Assembly: GCA_012295275.1 (NCBI GenBank) | Contig: CM022671.1 | Coordinates: 2,914,001-2,978,000, forward strand | Direction of reading: 5' to 3' | DNA length: 64,000 nt | Source of the DNA: Chrysomallon squamiferum | Lineage: Eukaryota; Animalia; Mollusca | Shown here: positions 36,131-49,800 of the stretch, piece by piece | Layout of the letters: every line of letters starts with the position of its first letter | Numbering within the stretch: position 1 is the stretch's first letter | Program-made: the position numbers and the translations under genes | Notes under the pieces: generated by a model | What the model was told of the DNA's origin: nothing | The model's database searches: none | Seen by the model: the letters and a program-made list of their open reading frames with translations, nothing else

Positions 36131-37034
36131 TTAGAGAAAGTAATAATTTTAAAAGCAGAATAGCAGAAAAAGTTGCAAAAATAGAATTCTGATTCCTATT
36201 GTTTAAGTTATATATATATATGTATATATCGTCCTTTTATATTTAATTTATTTAGAACATTTTCAGTATTTATGCAGCATTTTATACAGATAAAACAAAA
36301 TAGGAAAAGAAACTTACTAGTGTAAAGAAAATATTTTTCCGTACTGCTAGAATTAACACCTTACTATTAAAAGGATTCATCTATCTTATTCAGTTAAGTA
36401 ACTGAAAACAGTTACCTTTAAAACAGATTTGATTAATTATTTTAATTATCCAAACTGTAGTATTATAAAATGGCTGTGAAGTAATAAAATCTAATAACCT
36501 GAAGTCAGATATACTGATATCATGAAATAAAATATTAGTTTGAACTATAGAAGTGGTTTATCACTCACCCATGGTATTAAATTTGTTAAAATTGTATTAA
36601 AGCTATGGTTTCTTTCATCTTTTTCTTTCTTTCCTTTCTTCCATTCTTTCTTTATCCTTAAACAAAATTTTGTCATTCTTTGTCTTCCTGACAGGCTTCC
36701 TGATAAGAATTTCCTTATCCCGAGTATCTTCAGGCGGAGATCATCTCAGATGGACATTTGGATGGATATCACCGATTCTCATTTACTTGTGCCCTGGAAT
36801 GCTCACACTCTTTAACAATTTACTGTCAGAGTTATCTCTCTTGACTGTATAGAACTGTTCCTATTCATCTAACAAAACTGTACTCATACCATAGAGCAAC
36901 TGTTTCTATAAATGTCTTCTTAAAACCATGTAATTATTTATTACTGGAAATGTTTCTTTCTCACACATTTTCTTATCATTAATAATAACAATAGTAATAC
37001 TAATATCATCTTAATTCATGGTTTCCATACTCAC

Positions 37035-40000
37035 CACTTCTCTCTCCTCATCTTCCTGAACTGATCCCTCGTCTTCCACATCACTCTGATTTCCATCTGT
37101 TAAAGAAACCTGTGACAAGATTTCCTCTCCCTGTTCAAAAACATACAAATAAAATAAAAATAATACTGAATTAAAATTACATACAAGAGTAACACGGTCT
37201 TTGTTTCATATTGTTTGAAATAAACTATTCCATGAAAAAAACAAAATTAAAATCCTAAACCCTACTTTTAAAAAGAATGTCAAGTTAAGTAATAAAAATA
37301 AAAACTTATCTATAAAAGTGGCATGATTAACCTATTTTAATACAAAATTGTGACCTGTTAGTATTAGGATTTACTAATCAAGTAAAATACAAAATTATCA
37401 TTATGTTATTAAATGGTGTTTTTAATTTTAGAATCATTTTAATTATCAAAGCAAAGCTAGGGTTCAATTAACCAAGTTATTTATTCTTAGTTAATATGTA
37501 ACAAAGTCAGTTTAACAACACTAATTTAATAGCTAATATACAGTTTGGAACTGCCAAAATGATCAACCTGCAGATCTCTGTTTTTCAGGTTTCCCAGCCA
37601 GAATGCTTCCAAACAATTGTTAACAGTCAACATGGCCTTAACTCGATATACAAACTGTTCCAGTGCTCGTTTTATTCTACAATAAATTTATACAAATTAA
37701 CAAGAACCATATCAATATGTAATAAAAATGTTTCGCATATGGTTTACAAAATAATTTCCTTCTTAACATATGTTTTTTTGTATTTTGATATTATTAAAAT
37801 TTTACTGACAAACTTTTCTCATAAATAATGAATTAATCTGTACACCATGACAAAGAGGTTTTAAAAAGAAACACAGCAACAAAACAGACAGTAGTGTGTG
37901 TAATTCTGCCTTCATACCTTAATTAAGTTTACCAAAACATGTAGAATTTTTACAGCTATGCTCCATCTTATCAGCTGATCTACCTTACCTGAAAAATATT
38001 GTTTAAAAATGCATGTCAGTAACATTCATTGACTAATAATGCAAAAAGTTGAATTAAAAAAATAATGAAAAAAATTAAATATAAAATTAAACATTAAAAA
38101 TGTTATTAATTATATTAAATTTAACTCAAATAAGATGTTCATTCCATTAACCAGTTTCAAATACTTGTTTTATTTTTTTTTTTTATATTCAATTACACTG
38201 ACACTTCTTTTCTGAAATTTCCCACATTTGGAATTTTATTTAGCTTCCACAACTTCATGTATAGGATTACTAATCAGCATAAAAATTAAAAACTGTAATT
38301 CACAAGTTAAACTTAAAAATAAAATTTTCTCAACATAAAACAAAATAAAGAAAAAAAATAATAACCTCCCTGGAGTGACTGTTTGTGATGGGAGTCATTG
38401 ACTTGATGTATCCCACAGTCTCACTGAAAACAACTCGATAATACACTGGAAAACTTGATCTGTTACATTCAGAGTAAATCATTATATTTTAATACTTTGT
38501 AACGTAACTACATCCAAGTTAAAAGTATCTGTTATCACAAATAACTGAACACTTTTTCACACTGACTTATTACTACAGATTTTTTATCACCTTAGATATA
38601 CTTTCCACAAGATATAAAAAAAACCCCAGTATATAACAGATTTGTTTTACAAAAGAAGAAAAATGCAAACACAAAAATGTCAATTTACTGAGTAAATAAA
38701 AATATAAATAAAATATTGGACTGAAAGATAAAATAAATAGCTGAATAAGGTTTAAGTTAGCAACAAAAAACAGAATAAAAATAATAACGTAATTTTATCA
38801 AAACTGACCTGGTAAGAGAAGGAAAGGAATCTGAAAATCCATTTTTGTCTGCCTCAATTAGCTCAGGAATTGCTTTTGTTGTGATCACTTCTGCTGCCTC
38901 CAGAGTGTCATCTGAATATGTTAGATACATCCTATCAAAAAGAAATTTCAGCATTCAAAAAATCAAAACAAACCAGCCTGTAGACAGTCTGTGTTAATAC
39001 CTCATAATAAGTATAACAGACATGTAATGGAATTTCACCTTTATTTAATGTCTCCCCCATAAAAATTTTAAAAAATAAAATAAAATAAAATAAAAATGTC
39101 AAGTTTAATAATTTTTTTACCATTATTCTAAATGACATATATATATGCAACCACACAGGCTATGTAGATGAGAGTGATATGAAAATGAAGATTATGCCAG
39201 AAGCAATATGAATGCTCCCATAACTTAATGGCCAAAAATATAATTTAAAACCCATTTCAACATGCAGGATTTTACATACTGACAACTCAGTCCCAACTAT
39301 CAAATTTAGAACTGCAAAGAAAAAACCAACTATTGCCTGAAAATATAAATGAATTTAAAATTATACTTGCTTGATAATCATCTTTAAGTTATCATTGTGT
39401 TTAGCACCTTTCTCCTTTTCTCCATTTGCACCAATCAATCCACTCTCGTTTAAAAAAACTTTCAGCAAGATTTCCTGCAAATTGTCAAATAAAGAAATAT
39501 AAATGAACTGAAACTGAAATAAAAGTTAAATATTTCTGTCAGTTACTACAGAATATTATCTACATGTTTTTTTATAACAAATCATTTATTTTTAAATCTG
39601 ATTTTCTAAACGAGCCAAGATTACTGGTGAGTACTGAAACCTACCCAGTTTGTTAGATAGTTTGTGAACATCCACCTTAGCAGCAAGAGTTCCAAGAAGT
39701 TTGATAAGAGTAACAGCCGTGGAGATGTTGGGAACTGCAGCAGCAAAGTTCTCCACATACTTGAATGCCACACTGCAACAAACACACAAAGATGATTTAC
39801 TTCTTTTTCACTCTTTCTTAAGATGCAGAAGATTAAAATAGAAACATGTGTACTTAAGTTAACCTTCACTAAACCAACAGGTTTGAATTTACATAACTCC
39901 TGTGACTGATGTGTGAATACGCAATTGTAATATACTGTTCAAATGTTATTTTAAAGAGTGTTTAATGCATCTATTCTCAATTAAAAGAGTATCTACAGTA

Positions 40001-43000
40001 ACAAATCAATAAACACTTATTAAACATTAATCAGTCTTCTTATACATGTTTTAAAACTGTACCAAATTTAACAAAATAACAAATGAAACAAAAATTGTTT
40101 TAATAAAATTTATAATATAAAATGTAAAAGATTTTAACAATTTTAACAATAATTTAAGTTTTACCTAACAAGTTCTTGAAATGAAATTTGTGTCGAGTCT
40201 AAGGTTTTAATTCTGCAAAGAACCTGTAGAGCTTTCTTCAACAGAGGCTGGTTTTCTGACTCCAAGAATCCATTCCTTCAACAGCACAAAAATCTTAGCA
40301 TAATATCACTCTCACACAAACAAATAACACACAATATTCTTTAAGTAATGATATACCTGCCAATCACTAATATTTATTTAATGTCACAATAAACAAAAAC
40401 AATAATTATTAATTTATGTGTTATTTAAAATTTGGAATGTACGATTAATGTTAGGGATCACTCCAGATGATGTAATAAAAATTCATAATCTAAAAATGTT
40501 TATGTTAACACCCTTTCTGGTTATGAAACTAAACAGTCTGGAAAGATATAAATGTTTCATTTTGTGTTTATTAATGTAACAATACAACAGTTAATAAACA
40601 AAACTTTTTTCTTCATGTGGAAATGTTTCGGGCTTACCATGAAAACACAGACACCATTGAGTGTAGAAGTAGTTGAAAGCATGAAGTCATCAGAACAGCA
40701 TCATCATCATCATAACCAGGGCCATCAATGAGTCCGTCATTTTCACTAATCATAGTCTGTACAAAAACGATTTTAAAATAATTCTAATAACCTTAAATGT
40801 TAGACAAAAGTAAAAGATTTCCTTACCTTTTGTTATAAAAAGAATTTTATGTTATCACAAAATAATTTCATTCAAATAAAAAGAATAAAACTGAATAAAA
40901 CTTTGTTTTAAATAAGGATTGTAATTCTTTATATTTTTCAAATGATGAAAGATTCAACGTATCATAATTTCACTTAATTATTAATAACACAAACATATAT
41001 AATAAAATAGATACCAAAAAACGAATGTAACTGAATAAATTAAACTTGAAAAAAAAAAAGAATTTAATAATTAAATTATTATTTAACAATTTATTTTAAA
41101 AGTGACTAAAGCTGACCTGAAAAAATGTACTGACTGCTTCCAAGTGATTGCATAAGGCTGGTAACAGTCTCACAGCTTTGCAGCTATTTGTTTTAGTAAA
41201 CTGATCAAGTAGATGAAACCCAACATTTTTATTTACTTTCACCTGAGGGAATGAAATAAAAGTTAAAAAAAAAAAGTTAAAAAAGTAAATAAGAATAAAA
41301 ACAAAAACAAAAACAAATAAATAAATAAATAAAAATAAATGAGGTAAGCAAAATAATAATAGCATTTGCTTCACAGAGTATTAAAGTATTTAAGATGAAA
41401 ATGTGTTTGCACCTAGAAAACAATGATCAAGATACTTTGTATTTTTATACAAATATTGCTCAGAGGAAGCAAATGTTAGTCAAACTTAAGACAAATTAAT
41501 TTAAAATTTCCAACATCATTTATAAACTGACTTATTAGATGATAAATAAAAAAGTAACAAAAAGAAAACACCCCATTTTCTTTTCATTAACCAAATTATC
41601 AACCAAGGAGTCTTATAACAAATGAAATAAATAATTGCAATCTGTGCTTTATCAAGATAAAAGAACATTACTTTTTACTATTAGAATCAAAATAAAACAA
41701 ACTGACAGGGTATCCATATTGCATTAAAGAAAAAGAAAAGTAATACTGAATAATTTACATGGTTTTAGTAAGTGAGTATAATTAATACTTTAAGAAACAT
41801 TCTTCGTTTGCTGGCTGATGCAATCAGTGAATGGTTGAGTTTGTGTCTTGTGAGATCCTCCAGAAGAAATTCTAGCTCAGCTGGTCGAAGGTGTAGACTT
41901 GTTTCATCCTGTCAATTAAAAACATTCAAATTATTAACATCTCAGCATATTTGGTGGTAAAATAATTTATTATATTTCTAACATTTGAGAAATTTTTCAG
42001 AAATTTGGTGTATATTCAGGTCTGTGCTTTAAGTCATGAAAATGAAACATATGACATCATTATTAACTTTATAATTAAATTAATTCACTGGGAATTTCAG
42101 ACCTCTGTCTAAATACAGAACCTTCTGAAATGAATGGTGAGAATTTAACAAATTAACATAATGAAATTTAGGACAGGTACTGATTTTTTTGATAAATGAC
42201 AATTCAACATTTCAAACTATTATTATTATCATTATTTAAAAAAGATATCTGTACATTTTGTGTGTAGTGGTTTTTGTAAATGTGTCATGTGAAGACATTT
42301 TTTTTTCAAAACTTTGTCCTGGGCATTTTGCTTTCGACTTATTTTTACCTTTGTGTTACTGTCTGTATCCATAGCTACACCAGAAATTAGTTCATTGTTC
42401 AGTACAATAAACACACTAATGTCCAACTCTCTGAAACAAACAAAATTAAATTAAAATGTACCACTGATGATGTATCCAAAAAGCCTTAATACATTTTGTT
42501 TATTTTGTCTTTTGCTAAAAAATAAGACAAAATTAACATGTTAATGAAGATATATGGAATTTGAGGTCCCCCTTTATTGTGAAATCATTCTGAAATATTA
42601 AAATAGCCAAAACAAAATTCTGCAAAAGTTACTTAGACATTGTAAATAAAACAATTAAAAAATACCCCATTAAATTAAATAACTTAAAAATATTAACATA
42701 AAAAAAATTTTTATACCTGAAATATTGTCGATAATTTCCAAGGTTAATATTATTTTCATCTCTGGTATCAGCTTTCACCTGATTCTGTGATTCTCTTGGA
42801 CTACTTTTATCTGCATCCTGACAACAAAATAACTAACAACAATAACATAAACATGGCTGACATGGTATTTTTAGTTCTCATGGTCATTTTAAAATTGAGA
42901 AAAAACAATTATATTTTGAGGTTTATCCTAATTACAGTTTTGTGCATCTCCTCTATCTTACACTGACAGAGAAGGGAGGATACATCATATATTGAAATGG

Positions 43001-43159
43001 GTATAAAAAGTTTCTGTAATATCCTGGCTCAAAAAACTCATTTAAGAAACAATATTCTTACTGAGAACATGAGCTTAGTCTACTTAGCTATGTGATTACA
43101 AACCAGTGACGTTGAGTCCCTTGATGTTTCATCCATGTCATCCATATTTTCTTTGTCGT
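37035..43159 (-). pseudogene. FANCD2: FANCD2 C-terminal exons
   Basis: Exons: 43104-43159 (cut by the gap), 42717-42817, 42349-42430, 41789-41908, 41117-41242, 40638-40756, 40165-40275, 39645-39772, 39371-39474 (GC donor), 38809-38931, 38366-38459, 37918-37988, 37568 to about 37673 (5'-truncated), 37035-37130. Confidence 0.88.
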
Positions 43160-43359
43160 NNNNNNNNNNNNNNNNNNNNNNNNNNNNNNNNNNNNNNNNN
43201 NNNNNNNNNNNNNNNNNNNNNNNNNNNNNNNNNNNNNNNNNNNNNNNNNNNNNNNNNNNNNNNNNNNNNNNNNNNNNNNNNNNNNNNNNNNNNNNNNNNN
43301 NNNNNNNNNNNNNNNNNNNNNNNNNNNNNNNNNNNNNNNNNNNNNNNNNNNNNNNNNNN
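43160..43359. other. Assembly gap (200 N)
   Basis: Run of N. A round number suggests a placeholder of unknown true size. Confidence 0.99.
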
Positions 43360-43870
43360 GTATTGCTGGTATATGTTGTTGTTTTAAATCACTCCTTCAC
43401 GTGTTTCTTTAAAATATAACAAGTAAACCACTAAATAAATTTTTAGATATTTGCATACTTACATTGATTTATTTATTTGTTGTCTCAAACAGTGCCTATA
43501 TTGATGCTAATAAATAGACTACGTATATTACAAAAGAATTAAAATATATCTTTTAACTAGCAAGCAGTCTTTGTTAATAATATAGTATAATTTCAATAAT
43601 GTAATAATACTCCAAGTATGTTTATTTTTTATGTATCTGTGACATCATGTTTATTATATACCAAAATATAAAGAACTAGGAAGAGATATAATTATTTATA
43701 GTTTAGCTTTCTAATAGAGCTTTTAACAAAAGGTTTAAGGTTTATAAGTTTAATACATACATAAACCATATAAAGGTATTATGGTATAAAACATTATAAA
43801 GAAGTTGTTACCTTTATTTCTGTTAATAATTACTTAGAAATACTGACTATAAACTTCTTATCTTTTATAC

Positions 43871-46800
43871 CAACCTGGGATTTTTCTTTTTGTCTTAACT
43901 GGATCAAAGCTCAAATTTGCTCTAATCTCTGATACAATCTGTTAAGGGAAAAAAAATATTATGAATAAATACAAAAAGGATTAAAATAGAATTTTTAAAT
44001 GTTCTCAAATATCTGATTTACATAACTGACTAATTTTTTTTTTTATATCACTTTGACTAACAAGTAATTTTACAGAACAATGAAATAAATTGTAATATAT
44101 GTTTAATTAAAAAATATAATAAAAACTGCATTCACCTCAACCGCATCATTAGATATAACAGTCTGTAGGAGAAATTTAACAACTATTGGAAGATCTTTCA
44201 TTTCAACTGAGTCCAGTGTTCTGATCACAGAGTTTAGCACCTGTTCAAAAAATACAGTTATATCTCTGAAAATGTTGTGTAAACCTCTAACATTCAAACT
44301 ATGTCTTTAACTTTTAGACTACAGGATTAACATTGAACAAAAACTGTGCCAGTGAGTACATTAATGTGCAAATGTATTATTGTATTGTAACATTTAGACT
44401 ACTGGAACAATGTAGGATAAAACTGGTGTACATTCATTCATCTATTTTGACTGAAGAATTTCATGTCTTAATCTTGTTAAAAATTCAGTCAAATCTTTTT
44501 TATTTTTTATAAATGTGATTTTATTTTTGCACATTTATGATTTGCTTGCATCAGTATTTATGTCCATTATTTTGATTCTTGTAATACTTTTGAAACTGCT
44601 TAAAATAAATAAATAAATAAACAAATATGATTCAAATCCAAATGTTTTAACTTTACAAAGAAATAAACAGTAAAATTTGAGCTCTAAATTTCTATAAATT
44701 TTTTACTTGGGTCAGTAATTCTCATTTCAATGCCAAGTTTGAAAGAGCATCCAGAATAGGAACTGTCAGCTGATTTCCTTCCAGTAAAATATCTCTGAAA
44801 TAAATAAATACATATGTTTTCTTATTAAAATATAAAATGGTATAAATTAAATAAAATAAATAAATAAAAAAGTGAAAGAAAAAGGAAAAAGAAGTGTAAA
44901 TTAAACCATACAAATATGTAAAGAAAAAAAAATCAGAAAAAAAAAACAGAATAATATTTAAAAACCCAGAAGAAAAACCAAAAATATTCTGATAAATGTG
45001 AAATAATAATTACTAGCATAAAAAAATGTTTCAGATAAACAATTAAATTTCATTAATATTTTCCAACTTATTAAACTTGGCTGTTTTTGAAAACACAGTT
45101 TACTTTGAAGTACCTTAGAGTTTTAGCAACATCTCCATGTTCTGTATCTTCAACAACCTCAGGCAAACAACAGATCACTTCTCTCTGAACATCTAATGAC
45201 GTCCACAGGAATTATCTCTAATAGCTTCATAGTCAAATCCTGTAAAAGTCAACAGTTTGTAAACAACCAATTTATTTTTAAACCATTTCAAAATCAAATC
45301 TTGAAACAATCAAAGGATGCTGAAATCTTAAATACTTTCTGTATGCCTGCGTGTGAGAGAGGCATAGATATGAAAATTAATTTTCAGGTAAAGTCAGATA
45401 CTGTGAATCTAAATTACTTTATCTATCTGTAAATGAATGTACATCTGTGCCTGTGTGTGTATATGTGACATGTATTATCTTAGTTTCAAAATCAAATACT
45501 GAAACAGCCAAAAACATTCAAAATACTTTATTTCACTTCAAGTATGCATGTGCACATGGATATCATTTGAAAACTAGTTTTGAAACCAAATCCTGTAACC
45601 GTCAGATTTACCAACAAAGAATGTTTAATCTGTCCATGTGAATATTTTGTATGTCACTGTTGTCAAGTCATAAAACAATCAACAGATAAAAGAGAAATAA
45701 AAGATGAATTAAAAGGACCCTGAAACTTGCTGATATAAACAAAAAGAAACCTTGCTGCAGATAACACGATCCAGCCATCGAAACTGACTAAGCAGAAGAC
45801 GTGGAAAAGATACTTTTTCTCCATGATCAAAAATATTACTGTAAAATGAATAGAAAATAGTTTTAATTAATTACTTGTACTATGCATCTATTCAGTATTT
45901 AGATTCCATTATGAAGTCTGTCTGGTTGTTAGCTGAGTCAAACTAGTGTTCAATTTAGTCTGTGAACCCAGTTTTGTAACTGACAAATTAATTAAAACAA
46001 ATTTCTATTTATTAAAGACATGTTTCAGTAAATAATTTAATTATTTAAGGCAATAAAACTATGTTAATATTTTAATAAGATAGATGTGTGATTTTTAAGA
46101 AAATGAAGTCTTTCTGATCACTATCAAAAATGAAGAATGAATGAATAATATTTTAATAACATCTTAAATTTGTTTTTATTAAATCATTGTGACGTCATTA
46201 TAAAGTCTTTGTAATAGCAAAATGATATAATCATTTAATTAAACACACTAATGTAAATTGTAATCACTTACTCTTCTTCTCCAACAAACTCAGGAAGCTT
46301 TTCAAGTAACAGACACACCAGTTTAGGCTAAATAAAAAAATATTAATAAAATGTAGAAATTAAACATGAAAAAAATATATATATAAATTATAAATCAATA
46401 AAGAATTAAAATATGAAAGTTAGTTAAAGACATCAATAAAGATAAACAATAACTATCTTGATCTGGGTTTTTTAATCATTATCATTATCATTATTTTTTT
46501 TGAAGCAATAAAGAATTAAAATATGAAAGTCTGAAATTAAAACAAGTTAAAGACATTAATATTTCCAATTGGATATATCAGTAAATACAAACAAGAGCTG
46601 TCTTGATCTGTTGTGAGAATAATGATAATGTAAAACTTTGTAAATGAGTTCCTTAAATAATAACTATCATGTTCAATAAATGCAGAACACAGTTGTATTT
46701 TGTAGATTTCAAAGTGAATTTCTTGTCAAACGGTATAAGTCTATTTTATGTACTTTCAAATCAGTTCTGCTTCCATTCAAAGTCTATCCCTACTTATACT

Positions 46801-49800
46801 CACAGAGTCTAAATAGTTTTGAAAATTACTTGAAGGAGCTGATTTATTTAATAACAGTATAAATATATTTCAGATTTAATATTATTTACTTGTATTAATT
46901 TATTCATAATTTATTGTAATTAAAATAACACAATTTTACCTGTATAATATCTATGCCAAGCAGAATTCTCACCAAACTATTCTGAATAGATGATCGAGCA
47001 CTTAAAAAAAGAGAAAAAGATATATATAGACACACACACACACACACAGAAATACCCACACATGATTAGAGTATAAATACTTTATAAATATTTGCCAGCA
47101 ATACTAATTTAATAAAATTTGTGACATTTTAAGATTTCTTGTTATTATTTGTATGTTATATATATATATTTTTTCAAACATTTTATTTAATATCACATGA
47201 TGTTAATATGACCAATCAAATTAACTATCACAATGTTTGAAAATAAGGAGAAAAAGCAAAAAGAAGGTAAATACATATTGTACTTTTTATTGTTACATTT
47301 TTTAATTTTATTTCTTTGCTGTAAATAGACTGACAATAAATAACATGTCTGAGGAAAAGCAGAGACTGGTAGTTTCTCTATTTTCACAGCTGTGCAAATT
47401 CTAATGTTAAAGTAAACAGATGAAACAATGCTGGATCCATTCTTCTGCTGGAGATTCTTTATATTTCTAAACAAGGAAAAATGGCATGTTCCACACTTCT
47501 ATTACATCATTATATTATTTCCATCCTTCATTATTAGTAAAGGTTTAGACTTAGTCAAAACAAAATACTTTGAAATGTACCTGTGTTATTATTCTTATTT
47601 TTTTATATTTTAAGTTTCTAAAATCAAAATGCAGCACATACCTTTCACAGTCCAATGATGTAAGTGTTGGCATCAAACTTTTATAAAATCTAATTTTGAA
47701 AAACAAAAGGGATAACATTACACCATTTAATAAAAAAATATATATTAAAACTGGGAAAGAAGCATTCAATAATAACATCTTGATACATTTTAATATCAAC
47801 TATCAGAAATCTTCTGTATATATACCATTCCACTAATTAGCAACATGAATCTTTAATATGATAAATTACATAGGTACCACAAACTTTAATATTTCAGTCA
47901 TTGAGAATTGGTTGGAACATGATAAAGTCAAAAAATAAAAAAATAAAATTATAAATGAAAACTAATATGATCAGTATTTAGAAGAGACATTTACCTTTAC
48001 AGATATTTAAAATATTTAATATAGACTAAACAAAAAATTAAACCTATACACCATATCTTAAGTAGTTTAATAAAATGATCTACATGTATGCAGTTTTATA
48101 TATTATAATTTATTACTTAAAGAAAAACACACAACTTTTTAATTGTCTTTAATCATGCAATTTTCTGTTCTACTAGTGATGAAAAAGCTACATTCTAGTT
48201 GATCTATAATTATTTTGTGAGAATAAGAATGTGGGTGTTTACACACACACATAAATGCATACATACATAAATATATTTAAAATCATTCTAATTTTAACAA
48301 ATTTCAGGGGTAAAATATTATTTTAAATAAAAATAACTAATGATTGTTACCTTTCAGATTTTTCAATATAATCTTGAAATCCTTGTAAAAATTCTACAAC
48401 CTTCCAAAATAAAATTAATAATAATGTACACACATTATAAAGTCACAAAAATACAAAAAGAATATACATCTTCAGCAAATTAATAACTGCAGGGCAGAAA
48501 AAAAGAAAAAAAAAGGTAAAATGATTTTACAAAATTGAGAACCAGTTTTACCCACAACATAAAATCTAAAAACACACTAATTAATAAAAATAAAACTATA
48601 AATACATTATTTCTATTAAGAATTATACTTCTATATTTTTGTTTTCTTTTATCACAGTTTTTACACTTGTACTGGTAAACACATAAAATTCCAAAACATG
48701 TCTGGGATTAACAGATTAATATTTTCACACAACACCAATGGGAACAAATTCCAATACTTAGTTTTGTGATAAATAGTTACTTTTATTTTTGGCATATTTT
48801 GATACTAGTACCCCATTTCAAACTACTGGGGTTCTTCACAGACAAGCATTTCTACAGAATAACAGAAATTAGTTTTTATATACACATTTCAAAAGAAATA
48901 ATATTTTTGAAAAAACTGAAAAGTTGAATGAAGGATATATGAAAGAAATTCTTAATATTTCCAAGATTTTCTTTCTGTCATTTTCCGGTGTTTGTTTCCA
49001 AATTTGTAATCAGTAGCACAAATAGTGTTCATGCAGTATCTGCCAGAAAATGTTATCTGTGTACATGAACTTTCTTTTGCAAAAAAATTGAAACATTTGT
49101 CTGAAAATATAAATTTTGTTTTTACATTTTCTTAATGGTTGAATCAAAAATTAAAAAAATGTATTAATTTCTTCAAATTTTCACATTTTTTGGCTTGTGT
49201 GTCCCCTTAACCAAACTAAGAAAATAATTAAATAAATACATCAGGATAACTGTTGTGTCTCTTCAGTGCTGTGTTAATATTTCTCTGAAACACTGCCTGG
49301 TCCACACCTGAAACAAAACAAAACATTAAAATTAACACAATATTCAGTACAAGCAGCTTGTGCATCAGTTGTAGCATGAAGGAAGAACAGTTTAAATAAA
49401 TATTTATATATATATATATATATAACATGTTTTATACATACTTTTAAGGACCATAGCAACAATAACTCAATGAGTTAGGAAATACGGAACCAGTGACCTA
49501 TTTTTTTCAGCAAGAAGGCAAAGTTTTACACATATCTTTCCACAAATATGAAAATGCAAATTTTCATTAGTAGTAAAAATGTGTGTTTAATATAGTCACC
49601 CTAGTTGATAAATTATAAAAATACTTCAATTAAACTAAGAATTTCTGTGGACAAATGGCCTAAACATTATATACAGATTAAAGACAAAAATAAAGTACAA
49701 CAACTTGGAACCTTTCACTGTGATGTTACTGTACTGAGATTATGTTGTATTGTGTTGTGGTATGTTTTGCTATTTTAAACGTCCTCAGAAAATAGAGAGA

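Noticed and set aside
43106-43419. ORFs spanning the N run
   Set aside because: Artefact of the assembly gap.
44722-44724. In-frame TGA as selenocysteine or read-through in FANCD2
   Set aside because: It co-occurs with three frameshifts and a deletion, and no SECIS was recognised. Pseudogenisation is simpler.
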